A DNA stretch of 64,000 bases, from NCBI GenBank assembly GCA_027459645.1, contig DAIDHQ010000021.1, positions 14,151-78,150 on the forward strand, read 5' to 3'. The notes below the pieces were generated by a model. The model saw nothing but the letters and a program-made list of their open reading frames with translations, searched no databases and was not told where the DNA came from. The DNA comes from Vulcanimicrobiota bacterium (GTDB lineage Bacteria > Vulcanimicrobiota > Vulcanimicrobiia > Vulcanimicrobiales > Vulcanimicrobiaceae). A program made the position numbers and the translations under genes. Positions 57,089-64,000 of this stretch are shown here, in pieces. Numbering within the stretch: the first letter of the stretch is position 1; the number at the start of each line of letters is the position of its first letter.

Positions 57089-57472
57089 TTGTGGGCGGAG
57101 TCCCTCTATGCGTTGGCAACGCGGCATTTCAGCTCGCCGCTCGCGGCGTTGGTTTTACCGTTAGCGGGCACGGCCGTCTTTGCCATTATCGCTTTCACGA
57201 TACGATACGGACCCACGCGGCTGAACATGCCGTTTACGGTGCCGGACGACCGGCTGGACGCGATCAAACCGGTGAGCATTTGGATGCAACGCCTCGTGCG
57301 CGCGGAGGTTCTCGTCGGCTTTGCAGCGATTCAATGCTTCACGATCGCCGCTTCGAACAATGACGCTGCGTCGAATGCGCTGCCCGTCACGGTTCTGATC
57401 TTTCTTGCTGCAATAATCGTGACCGTTACCGTCTTTGTCTATCGCGTGTGGAAAATTTCGAACGCCACGTGA
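57089..57472 (+). CDS. Small membrane protein (127 aa or slightly longer)
   Basis: Three hydrophobic helices. TTG start 23 nt after the MutS-like stop. The upstream in-frame sequence (IISIAALVA) is also hydrophobic, so the true start may be an earlier non-canonical codon. Confidence 0.45.
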   Translation: MWAESLYALATRHFSSPLAALVLPLAGTAVFAIIAFTIRYGPTRLNMPFTVPDDRLDAIKPVSIWMQRLVRAEVLVGFAAIQCFTIAASNNDAASNALPVTVLIFLAAIIVTVTVFVYRVWKISNAT

Positions 57473-57616
57473 CGATCGCCGCCGAAGTGATTCGGCTCCG
57501 GTTCATGAATCTGCCTATTGGGGTGACGCCCGACAACGGCGCTGCCGCCGCGACGCTGCCGTAGCCGGCGCCTGCGAAGAGAGGTCCGAGGGCTTGGCGT
57601 AGTAGGTAGGGGCACG

Positions 57617-58450
57617 ATGGATCCGCTGATTATTACCTGCGCGCCGGTCGGGGCTGAAGTGACGCCCGATCAGACGCCCTACCTGCCGTACACGCCGGCG
57701 AAACTCGGCGAAACCGCGAAGGCGATTCGCGAAGCCGGGGCGTCGATCGTTCACGTGCATTGTCGCAACGACGACGGTACGAACACCCACGACGTGGAGC
57801 GCTTCCGCCACGCGTATGATGCGGTGCGCGGTGCGAGCGATTTGATCGTGCAGTTTTCGACCGGCGGCGCGATCGGCATGACGCCCGACGAGCGCGCGTC
57901 CGTGTTGCAGCTGCGTCCGGAGATGGCGACGCTCACGTGCGGATCGGTCAACTTCGGCGACGACATCTTTGAAAACAGCTTTCCGATCATGCGCGGCATA
58001 TTGGCGAAGATGCACGAGTTCGGCGTAAAGCCGGAACTGGAGATCTTCGACAAAGGCCATCTTGCCAACGCGCGGCGTTTGGCGAACGAAGGCTTGCTCT
58101 CGTTCCCTCAGCACGTCGACTTCGTGTTAGGCGTTCCGGGGGGCATGGAAGCGACGGTTCAAAACCTCTGCGACCTCGTCGACGATCTTCCGGACGGTTG
58201 CACGTGGTCGGTCGCGGGCGTCGGGCGCCAGCAATTGCCGCTCGCACTTGCCGCCATTGCGATGGGCGGCCACGTCCGCGTCGGGTTGGAGGATAACCTG
58301 TATTACAGTAAGGGGCGCTTGGCGCGAAACGAAGAGCTGGTCGCACGCGTTGCCCGCATATCGGAAGAGGCGGGACGGCCTGTCGCGACGCCCGATCAGG
58401 CGCGCGCGCTCCTGGGCCTGCAGGGTTCGAAGACCGCCTCTCTTAACTAG
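57617..58450 (+). CDS. kce: BKACE-family enzyme (3-keto-5-aminohexanoate cleavage enzyme-like, DUF849)
   Basis: IITCAPVGAE...TPAKLGETAKAIREAGASIVHVHCRNDDG...GGHVRVGLEDNLY is the family pattern. The substrate cannot be inferred. Confidence 0.8.
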   Translation: MDPLIITCAPVGAEVTPDQTPYLPYTPAKLGETAKAIREAGASIVHVHCRNDDGTNTHDVERFRHAYDAVRGASDLIVQFSTGGAIGMTPDERASVLQLRPEMATLTCGSVNFGDDIFENSFPIMRGILAKMHEFGVKPELEIFDKGHLANARRLANEGLLSFPQHVDFVLGVPGGMEATVQNLCDLVDDLPDGCTWSVAGVGRQQLPLALAAIAMGGHVRVGLEDNLYYSKGRLARNEELVARVARISEEAGRPVATPDQARALLGLQGSKTASLN

Positions 58451-58512
58451 GCGCGGTTCGTTTTGGGCTGGACGGCCCACAGCGGTGGAGGGTTCCTTCG
58501 ATCTTCAACTAC

Positions 58513-59478
58513 GTGGTACGGCGGACGCTTCAAGCGATTCCGCTCCTCATCCTGATCTCGGTCATCCTGTTCGTTATCCTCAATAACGCGCCAGGCGGTC
58601 CGCTCGCCCCGTACTTGCAGAACCCTCACATTACACCGGCGGATATCGCGCGCCTGAAGCACAATCTCGGGCTCGATCAGCCGTTGCCCGTCCGCTACCT
58701 GAAGTGGTTGTGGATGGTGCTGCACGGCGACCTCGGCTACTCGACGAGCAATTCCCAGCCGGTCATGCAAGCGATCCTGGAACGCATGCCCGCGACGCTC
58801 GAACTGACGATCACGTCGTTCGTGGTCTCCGTCGCGATCGGACTCGCGGCCGGCATATTCTCGGCGGTTCGCCCGTATTCGTTCGCCGACTACTTCATTA
58901 CGACGTTCGCCTTCTTCGGCCAGTCGATGCCGGTCTTCTGGTTTGCGCTCATGCTGCAGCTAGGACTCGCGGTCCACGGTATTCCGCTACCGGGCGGGTA
59001 TCAGATTCAATTACCGTCGGCGGGTTTGAGTAACGGCAGCGATACGTTCAATTTGGGCGATCGCATCGTGCATTTAATCTTGCCGACGATGGTGCTCGCG
59101 CTCTTGAATCTGGCGCTCTATAGCCGGTTCATGCGTTCGTCGCTGCTCGAAGTGACAAAGACCGACTACATGCGCACCGCGGCGGCCAAAGGGCTCGACG
59201 GCCGGACGATTCTCTTCAAACACGGTTTGAAGAACGCGCTGATTCCCGTCGTAACGATCCTGGCGCTTTCGTTGCCCGGTCTGGTTGCCGGCGCGATCGT
59301 CACCGAGACGATCTTCGCATGGCCCGGCGCAGGACGCATGTTCTTCACGGCGCTGCAGCAGAGCGATATCGCGCTGATGATGGGATATCTGTTATTGGTT
59401 GCGGTGTTCGTCGTCTTCTCGAACCTGCTCGCCGACGTGGTCTACGCGTGGCTCGACCCGCGGGTGAAATACGACTGA
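58513..59478 (+). CDS. ABC peptide/nickel-type transporter permease (DppB/OppB-like)
   Basis: VVRRTLQAIPLLILISVILF N-terminus, and an EAA loop YMRTAAAKGLDGRTILFKHGLKNA. The true start may be upstream at 58501 (see findings). Confidence 0.88.
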   Translation: MVRRTLQAIPLLILISVILFVILNNAPGGPLAPYLQNPHITPADIARLKHNLGLDQPLPVRYLKWLWMVLHGDLGYSTSNSQPVMQAILERMPATLELTITSFVVSVAIGLAAGIFSAVRPYSFADYFITTFAFFGQSMPVFWFALMLQLGLAVHGIPLPGGYQIQLPSAGLSNGSDTFNLGDRIVHLILPTMVLALLNLALYSRFMRSSLLEVTKTDYMRTAAAKGLDGRTILFKHGLKNALIPVVTILALSLPGLVAGAIVTETIFAWPGAGRMFFTALQQSDIALMMGYLLLVAVFVVFSNLLADVVYAWLDPRVKYD

Positions 59479-60419
59479 TGTCAGCGACGTATCAAGCGCC
59501 GGTACCGGCAAATATCGAAGAAGAAGAAATCGTCTATTCGAAGGTCACGTTTTGGACGCGGCTGCGCCGGCACAAAGGCGCGCTGATCGGCATCTTCGCG
59601 CTCGCGGTGATCGTTCTCGCCGCCATATTCGCAAAGCAGCTCTCGCCGTTCAACCCGGACTACATCGACAACGTGCACTGGCAGGGCAATCCGCTGCCGC
59701 CGTGTTTCCAGGACGCGTCTCTCTGCGGCGGCCACTTGCTCGGCACCGACGAAGTCGGACGCGATTTACTTTCGCGTTTGCTCTTCGGCGCGCGCGCTTC
59801 GCTGCAAGTGGGCATCTTCGCGGTCTTGATCGAGATCATCATCGGTACGTCGCTCGGCGCGGTCGCCGGATACTACGGTGGCTGGGTCGATTGGATCCTG
59901 ATGCGCATCACCGACGTCTTTTTGTCGATTCCGCTGCTGCCGCTGCTGCTCGTGCTCACGGCGATCGTTGCGTCGAGTTCGTCGAAAGCCGCGCTCTCGT
60001 TTCAAGTCATCGTGCTCATCATCGGCGCGCTCTCGTGGCCGACGATGGCGCGTCTGGTACGGGCATCGTTCCTGACGTTGCGAGAGCGTGAGTTTGCCGA
60101 AGCGGCGCGCGCGGTCGGGAATAACGACTTCCGGATCATTTTCCGGCATCTGCTGCCAAACGCAGTGGCCCCGATCGTCGTCCAGTCGACGCTCGACGTC
60201 GCCAACGTCATTATCACGGAATCAATCCTGTCGTTCCTCGGCTTCGGCATCCAACCGCCGACGGCGTCGTGGGGCAACATGCTCGCCAACGCCCAGGCCA
60301 ATCTCCAAATCGCCTGGTGGGCGGCGGTCTTTCCCGGCCTGTGCATCCTGGTGACCGTGCTCTCGATCAACTACATCGGCGACGGTCTGCGCGATGCACT
60401 TGACCCGAACATGAAATAG
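59478..60419 (+). CDS. ABC peptide/nickel-type transporter permease (DppC/OppC-like)
   Basis: The ATG overlaps the upstream stop (ATGA). HLLGTDEVGRDLLSRLLFG and EFAEAARAVGNNDFRIIFRHLLPN. Confidence 0.88.
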   Translation: MSATYQAPVPANIEEEEIVYSKVTFWTRLRRHKGALIGIFALAVIVLAAIFAKQLSPFNPDYIDNVHWQGNPLPPCFQDASLCGGHLLGTDEVGRDLLSRLLFGARASLQVGIFAVLIEIIIGTSLGAVAGYYGGWVDWILMRITDVFLSIPLLPLLLVLTAIVASSSSKAALSFQVIVLIIGALSWPTMARLVRASFLTLREREFAEAARAVGNNDFRIIFRHLLPNAVAPIVVQSTLDVANVIITESILSFLGFGIQPPTASWGNMLANAQANLQIAWWAAVFPGLCILVTVLSINYIGDGLRDALDPNMK

Positions 60420-60527
60420 GCCTTATTCTAGCCGGGTTGTTCCGCGGAGCCGCAGGCTTGCGCCCCCAGGAGGGGACTGCAACCCTCTGGCTTCGAACCG
60501 GTCCAACCTTCGATATGAGCCCTCTAT

Positions 60528-60614
60528 GCGCAAGTGGCGGAATTGGTAGACGCACTAGCTTGAGGGGCTAGCGGGGGCAACCTCGTGCTGGTTCGAGTCC
60601 AGTCTTGCGCACCA
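60528..60614 (+). tRNA. tRNA-Leu, anticodon GAG, with encoded CCA
   Basis: Hand-folded cloverleaf. Acceptor GCGCAAG/CTTGCGC, D-arm with GGAATTGGTAGAC, anticodon stem CTAGC/GCTAG with loop TTGAGGG, a long variable arm, and T-arm GCTGG-TTCGAGT-CCAGT, ending ACCA. Confidence 0.9.
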
Positions 60615-60657
60615 AAAGCAAAAAGGCCCAAACGGGGGCCTTTTTGCTTTTGGTGCG
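60608..60657 (+). terminator. Intrinsic terminator formed by a perfect 22-bp inverted repeat
   Basis: CGCACCAAAAGCAAAAAGGCCC-aaacgg-GGGCCTTTTTGCTTTTGGTGCG. It has a GC core flanked by an A-tract and a T-tract, and its 5' arm starts inside the tRNA acceptor/CCA end. Confidence 0.8.
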
Positions 60658-60834
60658 TGAGATTGCAGGCTCGCCGCCCTCGGCCTGCTCTCCCGCTCAT
60701 GCTGGGATTTGACCCGCTGATGGATATTTTAAGACTTCGCTGACGGGGCGATGTTACTGTGGGTAAGCCTCGTCGAAACAACCCGTTGCGTCTGAGCGTA
60801 GGGTAGACGTGGTTCGCTTCCAGGAGTCTCTATC

Positions 60835-63800
60835 GTGTGGTTGACGCGTTTTGCCATCGAGCGGTGGGTGATAACACTCATGCTCTTTATCGCGTTGGTG
60901 CTGTTCGGGCTAATCTCGTTCTTCCAGATCGGCCGTAGCTCGGCGCCTCCGGGAACGAACTTTCCGGTCGTGGTGGTCTTTGCCGGATACCCCGGCGCGT
61001 CGCCGCAAGACATGGAGCGCATGGTTATCAAGCCGATCGAAGACCAGATGGTCGGCATCGAAAACCTGGACGAACTCGATGCGACCGCGCAAGAAGGCAG
61101 CGCCGTCGTCGTCGTGCAGTTCAAGATGGGCACCGACATTAATCTCTCGTCGGTCGAAGTCCAGCGCCGCGTCGACACCGCGCGCATCTACATGCCGCCG
61201 GATATGAACCCGCCGGTCGTCAGCAAGGGCGGCAATTCGGAACCGCCGATCCTCGATCTGGCGATCAGTTCGAAGAGTCTTTCGCAAACCGAGATCGCGG
61301 ATTTGGTCAATAACAAGGTCTCGCCGATGGTGCAGGCGATTCCGAACGTACAGACGGTCAACGTGTATGGCACGGCCAATCGCGAGTTCCACGTGCTGCC
61401 GTTACCGGGACGGCTGTACGGCACGAACGCGACGTTGAGCGACGTCTTTAACGCCGTTGCAAACAATAATTTGAACGTCCCGGGCGGCCTTTTGACCCAG
61501 CCCACCCGCGAAGCGACGGTCTCGGTGCATTCGTATATCGAGCACGCGAGCGACATTCTCGGGATTCCGCTGACCGTGCCCGGATCGACGGACAAGAACC
61601 TCAACATCGGCGACGTTGCTACGGCGACGGATTCCCACGTCGAGATGCGCACGATCTCGAGCTACAACGGCCTTCCGCGCGTCTATATGCAGATCAATCC
61701 GACGCTCGACGCCGATCAGGTCTCGACCACCGCAACGGTTCGCGCCGCGATGAAAAAGATCGAGGCCCAGTTTCCTCGACTGAGCTTCACCGAAATCGAC
61801 GCGCCTGCCGACAATACCCAGAAAGAACTCGCCGGCGTCGGTCAATCGCTCATCGAAGGCATCATCTTGACCGCCATCGTCATGCTGCTCTTCTTGCACG
61901 CATGGCGCAATGCCGTGGTGGTATTTCTCGCCATACCGACGTCGATTTTCTCGACCTTCATCCTGATGAAGCTCTTCGGCTTCCACATCGACGATCTCTC
62001 GATGATGGGGCTCTCGCTGATCATCGGTATCTTAGTGGACGACTCGATCGTCGTCTTGGAAAATATCACTCGGCATCGAGATATGGGTGAAAACGCACTC
62101 AACGCCGCGATCAACGGGCGTTCCGAGATCGGCAGCGCCGCGATCGCGATCACGACGGTCGACGTGGTCGTCTTTCTGCCGATCGCGTTTCTGCCGGGCA
62201 TCGTCGGCGCGTATCTGAAAGAGTTCGCCGCGGTCGTCGTCATCGCCACGCTCTTCTCGCTGCTGGTCAGCTTCACGCTCACGCCGCTGCTCGCCGCCCG
62301 TTGGAGCGTTCGCGAACGCTCGGAGGCCGCACCCGCGTGGTTGAAAGCGCTCGATAACCGCGTCTTCGACGCCGCGTTTTTCACGCTCGCGGTCGTGCTC
62401 TTTATCGTCGGCACGAAGACCGGCTGGTTCATCTTCAACGTCGTCGGCGTCATGATCGCGGCCTTGCTGGTGCTCAACGCCTTCGTGCACCGCTACGACC
62501 GCGTCCTGGATCTCTATCGGAATAAACTGCTGCCGTTCGGGCTCGCGCACGGAGCGCTCGTCGTCTGGGTCTGTTTCTCGCTCTTCGTGCTGTCGATTTC
62601 GCTCGCTGCGGGCGCCGGCATGACGACCATCGGCATCGGCATCTTTTTGCTGGTGGTGGCGGCGATCGTTCACGGCATCGCCTTCCTCATGCGCTTAATC
62701 AAGCGCGAGCCGTGGCGCTACCAAGGCAACGCCGTTATCGAAGTCGCGGTCATGATGCTCAACCAGTTCCGCAGCATCGGTACGGGCGGCAAGGCGACGA
62801 TCGCGTCGTTTGCGATCATCCCCGTCTTCACCGCGATCTTTGCGCTCGGCGGTCCGGTCAGTACCGACTTCATGCCGGCACAGCAAAACGGTTCGATCCG
62901 TATGTCGGTGACCTATCCGGCCGGTACGCCGATCGCTACGACGAACAAACACGTCGTTCGGTTGGAAGACGCGATCATGAAGTTGTCTCACCTGAAATCG
63001 GTGAGCTCGACCGTCGGACAAAAGCCTTCGGGGTTCGGGAACGTCAGCGGCGGAAACTATGCGACGCTCAACGCGCAGATGGATGACGGCTATTACACGC
63101 AGACCAATCGAACGATCGCGAAAATCCGCAAGCTCGCCTATTTGGTTCCCGGCGCGGAACTCGACGTCGCCGGTGAGGGCGGCGGCGGGGGCGGCGGTCC
63201 GGCGATCTTCTACGCGTTGACCGGCCCCGACGGCGAGATCGGTCCCGCAGCGGAAAAGGTCGCGAAATATCTGCGCACCCTTCCCGGAGCCGTGAATATA
63301 CAGACGAGTGCGGAGATGGGCGCGCCGCGTCTCGACGTCAATATCGATCGCGCAAAATGCGCGCTCTTGGGCGTGAGCCCGGCCGCCGCTGCGGACGTCG
63401 CGCGCATCGCGGTCGACGGCGCCGTCGCGACGCGAGTGCGTACGGATACCGGCTTGGTCGAGGTGCGCGTGCAGTTTCCGGCTGCAGATCGCAACACGGT
63501 CGACGATCTCAAGAACGTTCGCGTTCGCGCGCAGGACGGGACGCTCGTGCCGCTTGGCTCGGTTGCCGACTTCGTTTGGACGACGGCGCCAACGAAGATC
63601 GAACGTTTGAACCGGCAGCGCGTCGTCAACGTACTCGGCGACGTTTTGCCCGGATACTCCCTGGGCCAGATCGCGGGTCCGTTACAGCGCAAACTCAAGG
63701 AGCCGGGTTTTCTCCCGCCGGGCGTCGGCCTAAAATCCGAGGGCAACTCGCAATTCATGGACGAGACCTTCGCCAACATGGGCATCGCGCTCGTCACGTC

Positions 63801-64000
63801 GTTCGTGCTCGTCTATATGTTGATGGTGATTCTCTACGGCTCGTTCCTCGAACCGCTGATCGTCATGTTCTCGGTGCCGCTCGCGATCATCGGCGCGTTA
63901 TTCTTCCTCGCGGTCATGGCGCGCGTACAGCCACAGCAAGGCCAGTCACTCAACATCATCTCGATGCTCGGCATCGTCATGCTCTTCGGGCTCGTGGCAA
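60835..64000 (+). CDS. RND (AcrB/HAE1-type) efflux transporter, 3'-truncated by the window edge
   Basis: Not in the ORF track because it has no stop. AGGAG lies 8 nt before GTG 60835, and the frame stays open to nt 64000 (about 1055 codons). MWLTRFAIERWVITLMLF N-terminus, SMMGLSLIIGILVDDSIVVLENI (TM4 region) and IERLNRQRVV are typical ACR_tran features. Confidence 0.88.
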   Translation, partial: MWLTRFAIERWVITLMLFIALVLFGLISFFQIGRSSAPPGTNFPVVVVFAGYPGASPQDMERMVIKPIEDQMVGIENLDELDATAQEGSAVVVVQFKMGTDINLSSVEVQRRVDTARIYMPPDMNPPVVSKGGNSEPPILDLAISSKSLSQTEIADLVNNKVSPMVQAIPNVQTVNVYGTANREFHVLPLPGRLYGTNATLSDVFNAVANNNLNVPGGLLTQPTREATVSVHSYIEHASDILGIPLTVPGSTDKNLNIGDVATATDSHVEMRTISSYNGLPRVYMQINPTLDADQVSTTATVRAAMKKIEAQFPRLSFTEIDAPADNTQKELAGVGQSLIEGIILTAIVMLLFLHAWRNAVVVFLAIPTSIFSTFILMKLFGFHIDDLSMMGLSLIIGILVDDSIVVLENITRHRDMGENALNAAINGRSEIGSAAIAITTVDVVVFLPIAFLPGIVGAYLKEFAAVVVIATLFSLLVSFTLTPLLAARWSVRERSEAAPAWLKALDNRVFDAAFFTLAVVLFIVGTKTGWFIFNVVGVMIAALLVLNAFVHRYDRVLDLYRNKLLPFGLAHGALVVWVCFSLFVLSISLAAGAGMTTIGIGIFLLVVAAIVHGIAFLMRLIKREPWRYQGNAVIEVAVMMLNQFRSIGTGGKATIASFAIIPVFTAIFALGGPVSTDFMPAQQNGSIRMSVTYPAGTPIATTNKHVVRLEDAIMKLSHLKSVSSTVGQKPSGFGNVSGGNYATLNAQMDDGYYTQTNRTIAKIRKLAYLVPGAELDVAGEGGGGGGGPAIFYALTGPDGEIGPAAEKVAKYLRTLPGAVNIQTSAEMGAPRLDVNIDRAKCALLGVSPAAAADVARIAVDGAVATRVRTDTGLVEVRVQFPAADRNTVDDLKNVRVRAQDGTLVPLGSVADFVWTTAPTKIERLNRQRVVNVLGDVLPGYSLGQIAGPLQRKLKEPGFLPPGVGLKSEGNSQFMDETFANMGIALVTSFVLVYMLMVILYGSFLEPLIVMFSVPLAIIGALFFLAVMARVQPQQGQSLNIISMLGIVMLFGLVA

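Noticed and set aside
57473-57616. 144-nt leader upstream of the kce-like gene, considered as a possible riboswitch (for example lysine)
   Set aside because: It is too short for a lysine riboswitch, and I could not recognise any conserved riboswitch core or a convincing terminator/antiterminator pair by eye.
60420-60527. TTCGAA-containing segment upstream of tRNA-Leu that looked superficially like a second or degenerate tRNA T-arm
   Set aside because: I could not fold a cloverleaf on either strand: there is no acceptor pairing and the putative T-stems do not pair. Treated as ordinary spacer.
1-64000. CRISPR arrays, rRNA genes, prophage or integrase genes, toxin-antitoxin pairs
   Set aside because: I saw no regularly spaced direct repeats, no rRNA-like non-coding stretches (the largest gaps are about 100-270 nt), and no integrase, recombinase or phage structural signatures in any translation.

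Overview
This is a GC-rich bacterial chromosomal segment that is almost entirely coding. I count about 60 CDS, one tRNA and one insertion sequence. I found no rRNA, no CRISPR array and no prophage. I cannot assign a taxon.

Most genes are housekeeping: ftsK, secA, prfB with its programmed +1 frameshift, glyQS, ppdK, dnaG-rpoD, mnmA, rimO, rlmN, dtd and sdaA. A futalosine-pathway menaquinone cluster (mqnE-mqnA-mqnC) is also present.

Among these are envelope genes: RodZ-like, LCP, a polysaccharide deacetylase, two DUF2079 membrane proteins, a GT9 glycosyltransferase and a PAP2 phosphatase. c-di-GMP signalling is unusually dense, with two tandem double-PilZ genes, yajQ and a GAF-dCache-GGDEF-EAL protein.

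The left edge carries an intact IS5-family element with a CTAA target duplication. The right edge carries tRNA-Leu(GAG), a 22-bp palindromic terminator and a 3'-truncated RND efflux gene. That gene is absent from the ORF track because it has no stop codon inside the window.

The candidates most worth follow-up are:
- a Gly/Asn-rich protein with no signal peptide and a GDPH (Asp-Pro autocleavage-type) motif
- a translationally coupled P-loop protein plus MutS-domain-V ATPase plus small membrane protein, next to a BKACE (kce-like) gene
- the diverged tandem double-PilZ pair
- an RND pump with an expanded central hydrophobic region and no adjacent adaptor gene
- several uncharacterised secreted or repeat proteins

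All calls rest on reading the translations and the nucleotide sequence by eye. No database searches were run.
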